From: Eledone cirrhosa
Taxonomy: Eukaryota
Direction: 5' to 3'
Length of the DNA stretch: 64,000 bases
NCBI GenBank assembly: GCA_964016885.1
Contig: OZ024740.1
Span: 296,732,001 to 296,796,000 of the forward strand
The translations under genes and the position numbers were made by a program. Positions 11,590 through 23,459 of this stretch are shown here, in pieces. How positions within the stretch are numbered: the stretch's first letter is position 1; each line of letters begins with the position of its first letter. Below the pieces are notes generated by a model. The model ran no database searches, was not told where the DNA came from, and saw nothing but the letters and a program-made list of their open reading frames with translations.

Positions 11590-14400
11590 GCTAGCCTCGT
11601 GGCAATCTTCTATATTTTGCTCTATTGCTCTACATTTCCCTTCATCAAATTCTTGGCTTTTATTTCCTATTCTAAGATCTCCAGCCATATTTTTTTTGAT
11701 CTTCCACTTTCTCTGCACTCTTCTAAATTCCTTTTAATCATTTTTCTCATCCAGCCATTTCCATCTTTACTCCAAACGTGATCCAACCATCTCAATCCAT
11801 TTTTCTTAAAAACATTCACCACAGGCTCTACTCCCATCATTCTCTGCTATTCATTGCTTATCTTCCTCACTTTCAGTGATACTTTACGTCCACCAAACTA
11901 TTCTTATTTCCATTCCTTCCACTCTCCTTTGCTGCTCCACATTCATCACCCAAGTCTTGCTCCCATAAGTCATAGAACTTCTTTCTCATGCAGCATACAC
12001 TTTTCCCTTCAGTTTCAGTGACACTCCTCTCTTCAATATCATGCTACTCAATTCCTAAAACTTCTTCCATATACATCTCAATCGCGATGTTGTTGCCAAG
12101 TCTGATCCTCCTTTTCCATTCAACATGTTTCCAAGGTAACAAACTGTTTTCATATTTTCTACCTTCACACCATTCCTAATAACAAGCAGGATATCTGTAG
12201 CCCCCTCCATACACAGTTTACACTTAAATGTAGCTGTTATATTATTTAATAATAGCTTCACCACATTTGTTTTATGTATTCACCCAATGCCTATAATACA
12301 TTTAATTAAGTTCATTCTAATTCCTTTCCTGCACACCACATACTGTCACATTCTTGTATTTTCTATCTCACTAAATGTTTTAGCACTTACCATCACCTTT
12401 GTTTGCAATTGTCACCTTCAAACCATTTGCCTCCAAACATTCCTTCCACCTATTCTTCTCTCTCAGTCCATCCGTACTCTCTGCCAGATCGTCTGCATAC
12501 AGTAACTCTAATGGTAAGCCCTCCTTTACAATTTTGGTTTATACCTCTATTACAACTACAAATAACAGTGGATGTAATACTGACCCTGCAACCTTCACTT
12601 CAAAGGTGTCACAGTTCCCTTCCTTCTTCCTTATGACTGTATATGATATCTTATATATTGTCATCACTACTCTAAGCAATCATTCTTCCATTCATTCCTA
12701 ACAATCTCAATGCCCATCTCACTACTTCACATGAACCCCATTGAAAGCTTTGTCCAGATCAACAAGCCACCAAAACAAATTATTCCCCTTGTTTCTGTAA
12801 TTGCCTCAGAATAAAAGTTGCATCAGTTTTTCTTTTCCCCTGGCACAAATCTAATCTGCATTTCATCAGTCTTCACTTCTTTCTTTAACCTCTTCTCCAC
12901 CACTTTTTCTACTTCCTTCCAGCTTCAAACAACTTAATTGCTCTATATGAGCCAGAGTTGTGTGGATTGCCTTTCCTCTTGAACAAAGGGATGAAAATAC
13001 TCAACTCCCAATCTATTGCAATACAGCCTTCTTTCACCACCAACGTACATTCGCCCTATTTGCCACAACTACATGCTGTTTTTAGCATATCTCCTACAAT
13101 AGTTGGACCTGCTGTGTCCCTACAAATCTTTCTGGATGCTTCTAAAACTTCTTTCACGTTTATCAACTCTGTTGGTTTGAGAACTGAATTTCTTTCTATG
13201 TTACCATTCCATCCATTCCCCACATTCTACAACCTCTCCATATATCTCTTCTACCTTATTTCCATTTGGTTCTATAACAATTTGTCCTACTTCATCCTTC
13301 AAGCAGCTCAACCCGGTCACATCATATCTCCCTCTTCTAAATTGCTTTGCAATCCCAAGCATTTCTCTATAAACTTACTCTGAATAATTTCATTCTCTAA
13401 ACATTTGTCTGCTTCCACTTCTTTCTTTGCAGACGTTTTGGCTGCCTTGTAATTCTGATGAACTTAACTACCTCTTCTGATGCCATATTTTCTGCTCTCT
13501 GCTATTCTCTGAATCTTACTCTTTTTCCATAAGTCCTCTTTCTAACTTAATCATCCTTCCTCCATGTTTCCAAATATCTTTGTAGTTCTCTTGTCCAACC
13601 AAACATATCACCAACAGCTCCTAAAAAATCATATTTTAGAGACTTCTAAACGTTTTCAAGTTCATTCGTGTCATTTGCTGACAAAACACATTTTCTCCAC
13701 TCGAGCCTCTCTTACTCTCTTTTCCCACTTTTCACCTGAAATATTATAGATAACTAGATGGTGCTGTGTAGCAACCTCCTTTCCTGGAATGACCTATGTA
13801 ACATGGAGTTACCTTCTATCTTGCTCATATGCTACCAGATAGTTGACAGTTGATAACACTTTATGTCTATGTAGCAAGTTTATCGTCTTTTTTCTGGAAT
13901 TGGGTGTTAGATTGACATATCAAATCTATCAGCAAATTCTAAAATCCTTTCTTTGTTGCACACCAAAATTTGTCTTTCTGTTCAACATCCTGACAGTCTT
14001 GAGGGGCATATCCTGATATGATATTCACTAAGAACTTTCCAATCACCAGTTTCACCATCATCAACTGTTCACTCAATCTCATCATACACCATACTGTCTA
14101 GAAAACTACAGAAATTAAGGCACCAACACCATGTACACCTTCTGGATACTCTTGCCATACAAATTTCTACTTTTGTCTTGGTTTTTTCCTCAACATTCTC
14201 AAACTACTCCACTTCCATTATGTCTTCTTCACACAACATATATCCATTCTTCTTCTATTCTGTGCCTCCACCATTTCCCCCAATCTTCCTGCCATCACAT
14301 CCCTATTTTCTATGTTACAAAATTCATATATTGGTCTCCACAATTGACACCAAACATCTGACCATCATAAATGACTTGAACTCAGTGTCTATCTAGTTTA
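11590..14400 (-). mobile_element. Highly degenerate RTE-clade LINE (APE and RT remnants)
   Basis: Minus-strand remnants VATQHHLVI, GSYRAIKLFE, VDLDKAF, W.LRLL, YADDLA and YLGNML..GGSDLA...R.RC.WKKF. Confidence 0.75.
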
Positions 14401-14837
14401 GAATAGATACATCTATCTCTGGTATTGTAAGAGGCAACTGGAAGAGTATCTGGTCATAAAACACTGTCTCAAAAAGGATCTCATGATGAGTATGATAATT
14501 ACATAAATTACATTTTTCCAGCCCAGAGGGGTTCAGTAGTTTGAGATTAAACATCACACCTTTGCCCAGGTCTTCCTTGCTCTTATTCTATTGTAGATCA
14601 TTTGCTACTTCTTCATACAATGGTCATCATCCATGTACATCATGTGTCTATACTTGTGTAATCTTCTCTCATTGTTCACTTCATCTGATTCAACTGATGC
14701 ACAGTTGTTCTGTCAGCTGATCCATGTGTTCCTGTTCCTGCACATTAACATTAATCATCCATTGGAGCATGTGGAACTAATTTCTGTCCAGCCTTCACAT
14801 ATCATCTGCATTCACTGTATGTCTCACTTCTATAAAA

Positions 14838-15416
14838 TATCATACTTTACATACAGACATCATAGACTGTATATCTCACTACTACATTACCATACAACAT
14901 CACACTTCACATACAGACACCATAGACTGTATATCTCACCACTACACTACCATACAACATCACACTTCACATACAGACATCATAGACTGTATATCTCACT
15001 ACTACACTACCATACAACATCACACTTCACATACAGACATCATAGACTGTATATCTCACTACTACACTACCATACAACATCACACTTCACATACAGACAT
15101 CATAGACTGTATATCTCACTACCATACAACATAACACTTCACATACAGACATCATAGACTGTATATCTCACTACCATACAACATAACACTTCACATACAG
15201 ACATCATAGCCTGTATATCTCACTACCATACAACATCACACTTCACATACAGACATCATAGACTGTATATCTCACTACCATACAACATAACACTTCACAT
15301 ACAGACATCATAGACTGTATATCTCACTACTACACTACCATACAACATAACACTTCACATACAGACATCATAGACTGTATATCTCACTACCATAAAACAT
15401 CACACTTCACATACAG
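14838..15416. repeat. Minisatellite with 60-bp and 50-bp unit variants, ~10 copies
   Basis: Unit CATCACACTTCACATACAGACATCATAGACTGTATATCTCACTAC(TACACTAC..)CATACAA. Confidence 0.95.
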
Positions 15417-15663
15417 GTCTCATTGACGGCCATTTTCCAAGAGAAATCATTTGTTGTATGATAACAGTTGACAAAGAAATACATAGTAACTTATTGATCA
15501 TGAAATGTGTAACATGTAGGAAAACTAAAGTAAAAGCTCTGTGGGAAAATATTATAATGTAGTTCCATATTCTATGCAAACACATGTGGGTAACATCAAA
15601 TAACATGGTTTGCCTTTTTCAATAGCATCTGATGTAGGAAGCAAATGTGTAACAATGTGTTTT

Positions 15664-15811
15664 GAGGCTGTGACAAATTTGCTGAGATACATTCATCAGT
15701 GATACATTCATGAGAGGCTGTGACAAATTTCCTGAGATACATTCATCAGTGATACATTCATCAGAGGCTGTGACAAATTTTCTGAGATACATTCATCAGT
15801 GATACATTCAT
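15664..15811. repeat. 50-bp tandem repeat x3
   Basis: GAGGCTGTGACAAATTT recurs at 15664, 15714 and 15764. Confidence 0.95.
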
Positions 15812-15814
15812 TAT

Positions 15815-16142
15815 ATCATCAGCATCATCACCATTTTACATCCATTCTTCTATGCTAGCATTGGTTAGACGAGTTGTCCTGTTGTGGGCAGTGCCTGGTC
15901 GGCTGATCTTGTCTTCCTCATACGGGAACTGATTTTGGTTTGATTTCTACATCTGGATGCCCTTCCTAACACCAAACTCATTTGCAGTGAGTGCTGGGTG
16001 CTCTTTATCCGTGGTGCCTACACGACCACTTTACAGTGTTGGCTGGGTGCTTTTTTGCTGTGGCACCTCCACCACCACTTTGCAGTGGGAGGGGTGGGGC
16101 ATATTGACTATATGCTTCAGCTTCGGCTTGTACCCGTGGGCA
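15815..16142 (-). mobile_element. 3' end of RTE LINE (same family as 40810-42262)
   Basis: Closely matches 40830-41145, including GGATGCCCTTCCTAACACC and the (TGA)n tail. Confidence 0.75.
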
Positions 16143-16564
16143 CAATTAATAATTATAGAAAAGACTACATTATCCAGAATGATATCATTCATTAACACAA
16201 TGATAATGGGAGGTATGACTGAAAACATTTTCCAGTTTATGTTTAGACTACAAATTGAAAGTATTCAGTAAAGGAAAATATTAATAAATGGAACTATATA
16301 TGGTAATGAAAGAATTTTAAAAATTCACTAATCATAATCTACACTTTGAAAATTGTATGTAGAAATTGAATTATGGAGAAAATTATAGAGAAACAAAGTT
16401 AGGTGTGGGCAGACTAAACTAAAAGATGGTATGATAATGTCTGGAATGATTTTGAACATAGGTCTGTTCAATTAGTGCTGACTTAGAGCTTAACTGGAGG
16501 ATAGAGTGAAGTTTACATATTTACCTCCATGGACATATTCAGTAAATTAATGTGAAACATTTAC

Positions 16565-16727
16565 CTTTATTTGCTCCAAGTATTTTAGGTATATCTCCAA
16601 TTAAAGGCAACCAACTTTTCATGTATGGTAAGTGCCTAAAATCTGTCAATGATTTCGAATATTTGAGTAGTATATAAAAAGAACAACAGAAAATTGTAAG
16701 TAATATTAAAATATCAGTGAGCAACAT
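16565..16727 (-). CDS. Cytochrome P450 family 4 (CYP4V-like), coding exon 1: N-terminal membrane anchor and proline-rich hinge
   Basis: ATG at 16727-16725 gives MLLTDILILLTIFCCSFYILLKYSKSLTDFRHLPYMKSWLPLIGDIPKILGANK, a hydrophobic anchor plus LPLIG hinge. It ends at a phase-1 donor AAAG|GTAAAT; 163 coding nt. Confidence 0.85.
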
Positions 16728-16982
16728 GTTTTCAAACTTCACGCTGCAAAATAATGAGATAACTGGTAAGAGTAAACTCAAAATCTGTGATATGTTGTCA
16801 TGCAGCTATTTAGATAGTAGGCTAATATTGAAATAATTGAGGTCAAAGTTAATCTAGCTGGGTCACTAGTTGTCTCTATAGCTATGGGAAAATATATTTG
16901 CTGTTTCTTAGAAATATATTTAAAAATTGTTTTATCCAGTTTTTAGTGTGTAGGTGTGTAGATTACATACTTTGCTTATATA

Positions 16983-17505
16983 ATAATAATAATGAAATTA
17001 TTGTGTAAAGTGCTTAGGTGCACTACAACTCGTCAAAGGTGCATGTATAGTACATAGAATAATATACAAATGCCAGGGAAGTAAATAGTGTATGGGCATG
17101 CCCACGTGTGTTATACACAGGGAAATTAAAAAGGTACTCAGGGTTGTTGTTGGCAAGATGGTTAATAATTGTGTGGGTGTTTACCAAGTCAGTTGCCAGA
17201 TGTCGGAGCTTCAATGTATCCATGCCCAAGGAAGCAAGGCGTTCAGAGTATGGTAGATGCCTGATGGAGGGTATTCGTTTGGTTGTATGTCTCTAAACAG
17301 TTTCCAGGCAGTCAATGTTCTGAGCAAGATAGGGGTTCCAGACTGGTGATGCAAATTCTAAGTGTGGCCGCACCATAGCTATATACAGCTTTAAATAGAT
17401 AACTGGAGAGCAGCTGACAAAAGTCTTGCTGAGTGATGCTAAGATACCCTCAGCCTTCTTGACTATTTTAGAGACGTGCTTCATCCAACGCAAATCGCTG
17501 CTGAC
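16983..17505 (-). mobile_element. CR1-like LINE 3' fragment
   Basis: LYIAMVRPHLEFASPVWNPY and TRGH motifs. Matches 44340-45060 with an internal deletion; (ATT)n tail. Confidence 0.85.
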
Positions 17506-17759
17506 CGAAGAAAGTGGCAATTGTATTATTTCAAAGCTTTCCAATTTTCCCTTTAATGAAACGGACAGAATAAATGTTGATATCTAACTTGATGTCCTCT
17601 CCGCTTTGTGAGCTTAGAGACCACGCAAGAGGGTTTTCATGACCACGTAAGAGGGTATATTCATTAGTAAACGGTAAAATATATACAACAAATGAGTAAG
17701 TGAATTGTGGTAGATGGTTTCCAGTCCAGTCAGACTGCAACTACAAATAAAAAATCGAC

Positions 17760-18495
17760 TTACTTTGACCTCGTATCAATGGGACCCTTGACGTCAGGCT
17801 GGATTTTCGTGAGCTGTAACCGGAGATCTCCACATGCAATCACATTGTAGCAGTTGCGAGCCTTACTATGCAGTCTGGAAACAACGCCAAACCCCCTATC
17901 GACTAAGTATGAGCTAGGAAAAGGCAAAGCAAATCTCTTAGCCTCTGCATGTAGGTGTAGAAATCGACGCTGAATTTCCTCTTGCATCCCAAAAAGGGGT
18001 TCACCTATTTTGGAAAATTTAATTTTGATAATGTCATCTGTCTGAAATTCAATTAATTCTTCCTGAAATTTAACGTCGAAATCGTCAACGTTAGCTATGA
18101 AGGGATCTGCTATCCACATTGGGATGTCCATCTGCAAAAGGTCGACAAACCGTTCTCTCATGTTGTCTTGTAGTGCACGGAGGTGCGTGGTATAAATTTG
18201 GAGTTGGTCATCGCTCACAATCTTTTGAACATTGGCGACACTAGGAAAATTATAGAATTCCCGTCGACAAAGATTCCTTTCGATGACTTTCAATTTGGCC
18301 AGGAATATTTTCACAGCATTCCTTGCTTTAAACAAGGTGATCTTCTTCTGCAAAGCCATAATGAGGCTATTGTATTTGTCGAAGATGTCGGCGAGGTAGG
18401 CGCAGTCTTGCCTCACATCGAGGTTTTTTTTATACAGTTCTGTGTTGCGTCCTCGAAGAAACTCAATGATTGAGGCGAACAGTTCAAAGAAGCAA
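17760..18495 (-). mobile_element. hAT (Buster/Charlie-like) transposase C-terminal relic
   Basis: AYLADIF.K.N.L...LQ, W..DPF, LPFPSSYLVDRGF and GDLRLQLTKIQP motifs. Confidence 0.85.
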
Positions 18496-18588
18496 CATGC
18501 TACCTAGATTGAAGGTGGTACTTTGAAAATATTTCTTCAATCCTTCAAGGAATTGAAATAATGGAACTACAACGTGCAATCCAAGAAC

Positions 18589-18960
18589 TCATTGGCCCGG
18601 AGAGTGACACGTAAGAATAACATTAGCCTTGGATGCAATGTTAGTGCCAAACTCATTTGTTGCCTCTTGCAAAGAAATAGGGACATCTGAATAATTGTCA
18701 AGAAGGGCTTTGACTGCAGAAAGTCGTGTTAGCCATCGAGTAGGGCACACAGGTGTTAAGGAGCGTGGTGACGATACTTCATTTTCTTCATCATGTTGTG
18801 ATAAATACGCTTGCTTAAATTTCCCTGATGTACTATATAGTTTCCCCAATTCATTCACGTAATCTAGAACAGTTTTGATAAGTGAAGCTTGTTGTACGGA
18901 CTTAGTTATAATAAGGTGAGAAATATGAATGCCGCAGTGCACGTAATGGGCCAAATCAAG
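18589..18960 (-). mobile_element. hAT transposase fragment (different, ZMYM1/Ac-like type)
   Basis: YVHC..H..HL and VCPTRWLTR..AVK motifs. Confidence 0.7.
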
Positions 18961-19344
18961 TTATGTTAGAATCTTTAAAAAGATCTTTAAAAAATACCCG
19001 TACGAATTAAATACAAAAAAGTTTCAGTCCAAAACAAAACACGTGAATGTTCTTAAAGACTTGATTTCAGTCGAAAAAGTTTTTTTTAAATTCTATATTT
19101 CACTGTCAGCTGTTGTAATATTTTGATTGGATAAACAATTCTACAATTCAAACTGTAAAGTCAAAATACAAAAGATGTAAAATGAAGAATTTCTTATCTT
19201 TCTCTGAAATCACAAACTCAGGGGAAAAATAGTACCTTGCAAAATAAAATACCTCATAGCAAAATAAAATACTTAGCAACGAATGAATTGAGAAGCTTGG
19301 AGACAGTGAGAAAGTAGTATTTGTATCCCTTATATATATATACA

Positions 19345-19729
19345 TAGATATATTTCTTTATTAGCCACAGGGGCACAAAAGAAGGGGACAAATACAAAGG
19401 GGGCAGTTTACATACAATAAAAACGTGTAAAATGTTATCACAGATGGAATTTAAAAGTTAGTCGATTTTCCCCAATAGAGGGAGACAGTTTATATGGGTA
19501 ACACATACCCCCGAAAAAAAATGTGCAACCCTCATCTCCAGGAGTACGAAGAGCTTGTACTCCTTTCCTCTCCTCCTCCTTTTCCTCAACCTACAGGCTG
19601 ATATAGAGAGAAGGCCCATTCACTCGGGCCATTCTCGCCACTTTCACCCACCTTTCATAAAACTTGCTGGGGTACAGCACCTCTCTCTCCATCCTGATTC
19701 TTCTTCCAAAGTGGTATTTGAAAAAAAGA
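19345..19729 (-). mobile_element. Tx1/L1-like LINE 3' end (inverted duplicate of 20311-20695)
   Basis: Near-perfect reverse complement of 20311-20695. Confidence 0.9.
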
Positions 19730-19849
19730 TACACAGACACACACAAACACACATAGACTTGGTTTGGGTACAGAAAGAATTTTGTCTACAGTTTTTTATT
19801 GCCAGGTCAAAGGCCACTGCTCTTTTCAACAACGCCTAATAACAACGCT

Positions 19850-19907
<58 letters not shown>

Positions 19908-19964
19908 ATGAAGAGAGAAAGAGGGAGGGACAGAGAGAGTAAGAAATGTGTGTGTGTTTGGTAC

Positions 19965-20689
19965 ACGCTCTACCAGTTCGAGACAAGCTCTACAGACATG
20001 GGCGCCCGGGCAGGGACCCTGCAAAAAAGATCTGTCCGAGGTGCGTGCGAGACGAAGAAACCGTCGCGCACGCATTCATACACTGCCCGGGCGTCACTGA
20101 CCTGTGGGGATATGTAGAACGACTATTGTCGCGGGTGGGACCAATCCAGTTGACCACCGAGTCCATTGTCATGATCAAACCGCCACCCTCCTTCAAAAAC
20201 GAAGGAGAGGCGGTTTTCCTTTGTGTGATAGCTATGGCGAAAGAGGTTGTATGGTGGACAAGGTTGAAAGGGCTGAGGTCAGACACCTTTCTCTCCGGCC
20301 AACAACTGATTCTTTTTTTCAAATACCACTTTGGAAGAAGAATCAGGATGGAGAGAGAGGTGCTGTACCCCAGCAAGTTTTATGAAAGGTGGGTGAAAGT
20401 GGCGAGAATGGCCCGAGTGAATGGGCCTTCTCTCTATATCAGCCTGTAGATTGAGGAAAAGGAGGAGGAGAGGAAAGGAGTACAAGCTCTTCGTACTCCT
20501 GGAGATGAGGGTTGCACATTTTTTTTCGGGGGTATGTGTTACCCATATAAACTGTCTCCCTCTATTGGGGAAAATCGACTAACTTTTAAATTCCATCTGT
20601 GATAACATTTTACACGTTTTTATTGTATGTAAACTTCCCCCTTTGTATTTGTCCCCTTCTTTTGTGCCCCTGTGGCTAATAAAGAAATA

Positions 20690-20695
<6 letters not shown>
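19965..20695 (+). mobile_element. Tx1/L1-like LINE 3' fragment (zinc-finger C-terminus and 3' UTR)
   Basis: ALPVRD..CPRC...ETVAHAFIHCP (CCHC) motif; AATAAA, then (TATC)n tail. Confidence 0.9.
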
Positions 20696-20756
<61 letters not shown>

Positions 20757-20766
20757 TTATCTCCAA

Positions 20767-20837
20767 CAGGGGGCTCACACATGCAGCCCGCGAACTACTT
20801 ATCTGTGGCCCGTGGTAGAACCAATATTTAATATCGC
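20767..20837 (+). mobile_element. Possible hAT terminal fragment
   Basis: CAGGGGGCTCACACATGCAGCCCGCG...TGTGGCCC resembles Charlie-type termini. Confidence 0.4.
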
Positions 20838-20856
20838 ATTATAACTGGTGAAAATA

Positions 20857-21069
20857 AGGTGGTGAGCTAGTGGAATCGTTAGCACATCTGGCGAAATGCT
20901 TAACGGTACTTCTTCCGTTTTTACGTTCTGAGTTCAAATTCCGCCGATCTCAACTTTGCCTTACATCCTTTTGGGGTCGATGAATTAAGTACCAGTTGTG
21001 TACTAGGATCGATGCAATCGACTGAACCCTAAACCCCAAATTTCATGCCTTGTTCCTATAGTAGAAATG
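20857..21069 (+). mobile_element. tRNA-derived SINE with 15-bp target site duplication (TSD)
   Basis: B-box-like GAGTTCAAATTCC; body CTTTGCCTT.CATCCTTT.GGGGTCGAT; TSD ATTATAACTGGTGAA at 20838-20852 and 21070-21084. Confidence 0.85.
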
Positions 21070-21366
21070 ATTATAACTGGTGAACATAAGAATAGAGATC
21101 AGATGTACCTAACAAAAACAAGAACAACAACTACAGATTGGCTTGCCTCAGAACGAATTTCTATAGACTTTTGACTGAGGAATGTTCTAACAACTGACCA
21201 ATGAGAGGAGAAGAGGCCCTTTGACGCTGAAATTCGTTTGTTTAAATTCATATGATTCCAGTTCCTCAGTGAAATAACAACCCAACCAGGAACTGGGCAT
21301 ATCAGAGTATTGACAAAGTTAAACACCTTAAAAACATGTGTACTCGTCTCTACCACACTAATTCGG

Positions 21367-21421
21367 ACTGCCTGAAGAGGTCACGGCCAAAGATGGTTGT
21401 CACTGAAATATATATAGCAGT
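21367..21421 (+). ncRNA. Type I hammerhead ribozyme motif
   Basis: ACTGC-CTGAAGA-GGTCACGGCCA-AAGA-TGGTTGTCACT-GAAA-TATATA-TA-GCAGT. Intact core, stem I ACTGC/GCAGT, palindromic stem III, AUA triplet; AATAAA follows directly. Confidence 0.8.
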
Positions 21422-21667
21422 AATAAACGAAGCCAAATTTTAAACATTTGACTTATTTATTTTATTTTATTTTATTTTACATTACTCCGGAGTAACCAAA
21501 CCAACCTGCGCACTTCGTCGAGTGCTCCAATCTGCATACTGAGGTGTTGGTATACAACCAACATATACTCAATATATATATATATATATAACGAAGGAAA
21601 TGTGGTAAGAAACCAGGTGGACCATAACGCACCAAAGTACTCAATACTTAGGGTAGTAGAGTGAGTA

Positions 21668-21781
21668 ATAGGAACGAGTAGGACCCCGACAGCTGAGCTC
21701 AAGCCGTTTCGACGGCTAATTCTGGAGTCCAGAATTAGCCGTCGAAACGGCTTGAGCTCAGCCGTCGAGGTCCTACTCGTT

Positions 21782-21786
<5 letters not shown>
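21668..21786. repeat. 119-bp near-perfect palindrome
   Basis: Centre at 21727; 59-bp arms with 2 mismatches; (TA)n on the right. Confidence 0.95.
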
Positions 21787-21867
<81 letters not shown>

Positions 21868-23459
21868 GATTTATATATATATATATATAAATCTACATAC
21901 ATTTATATACATTTATATATAAATCTATATAGATTTATATATATATATATATATAAATCTACATACATACCTATTACCTATATACATACATTTAGGTATG
22001 TATATAGCTATGCATTTATACATGTGTATATATACATGCATTTATATTTAAGTGTGTAAGGATGTTGATATGATCTATGTCTTACTTTTTGGTAAGGAGA
22101 ACATTTTTGTCGCCAGATTTTATTACCTAGGGAGTTTAAATACACACCTCTGGCTGAAAGCTGACCAGGTTCTCAACTTCATCAAACACTAACGCCGGCC
22201 TGTGTGTGTATATATGTGTGTGTATGTATGTGTATATATGTGTGTGTGTATGTATGTATATATGTGTATGTTCACCACCATTGCTTCTTCTTGTCAATTC
22301 TGTTGAAGTAGTCCTTACTTTCATTCTTTGATTTCTTTTGATTTTCTTTTATCTCTCTAGGGAATTCGTTGACAAGCTTCTTTAATTTATTTTCTTTGTT
22401 TTCTTCATTCAAATCACTGATTGTCTAAGAGACGTACAAATATGACTTATAAAACTTACCAAACTAAAGGGGCTTTTAGCGCCCTCAAAGTTTCAAACGC
22501 CCCATTACTGCATAACGACCCCTAACGCCACTTTACTGCATAACACCCCCCCCCCCTGGAGCTAAGAAACGGATGTACCCTCGTTGAGAACCTTTAGTAT
22601 AGAGGATGACAATGAAACTATGGGGCTGAGAATGAATCTGTAGAGGCTGGGAATAAAATTATAGTGGACTTGAAATTCATGTGTAGGAGATAGGAAGGAA
22701 AATATGGGTGGTTGATATATACATATAAGGGCGTAGGATGAAATTATAGGGGATATATATAAAACAGCAGTGGCTAGGAATGAAACTATAGGGAATGATA
22801 ATGAAACAATAGTGACCATGTAGTGTTACCCTGGTTAGGTCTTAATACATGTCTCATGATCCAGGGACTCTATATGTGTTGAGAGACAATGGATCTGCAT
22901 CAAGAAAGATTATTTCCAAGTTGCAAATCTATGTAAGATTTTTGTAAAATCCTATGCATGTAAATCTCTCTTGTCCATATCAACATTTTCTGCCTATCCA
23001 CTCATTTAAAATCATATATATGAAAAAAAAAAAGAATTAAAATGCCAAGTTAAAAAACAAAGTGATCTAATTAGTCTAGAGTGGATAATATTCACATTAG
23101 ATTACTTGTTTATCTTAAGTTAAATCATTTCAACCCTCAGATAAAGTGATTTAATTAGTACAAAGAGTATATATCCATATTAGATTACTTGGGTATATGT
23201 TTATTGGGTTAGATTTTAGTTCATATCCTCTCGTGGTCAGTGAAACAAGTTTCAGAAATTTCATGCAGTGTATTGGTGGAAGGTTAATATACTTGATATT
23301 ACTCTTTGCTTTAGCCCATTGTATAGACAAGATGCAATACACTGACTGCCATAGACCATACAGCTGTAAAATGATTGCAATTCTGCAGTCAAGTGGTTAA
23401 TAGAATCTAGGTATAAAAATGTTTGATTCCAATTTGATAAAAAAAATATGTGTATGTGG

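Noticed and set aside
14633-15157. 174-aa His/Tyr-rich repetitive ORF
   Set aside because: Produced by the 60-bp minisatellite; the frame is lost in the 50-bp units; intronic and antisense to the CYP gene.
15664-15811. Minus strand has CTGATGA...GAAA...GTC in the 50-bp units
   Set aside because: No stem I or stem II pairing can be drawn; likely coincidence.
21862-21966. Short palindromes TGTAGATTTATA..TATAAATCTACA
   Set aside because: Low-complexity TA-derived symmetry; the resemblance to the Penelope terminus GTAGATTTATCTAC is too short to support.
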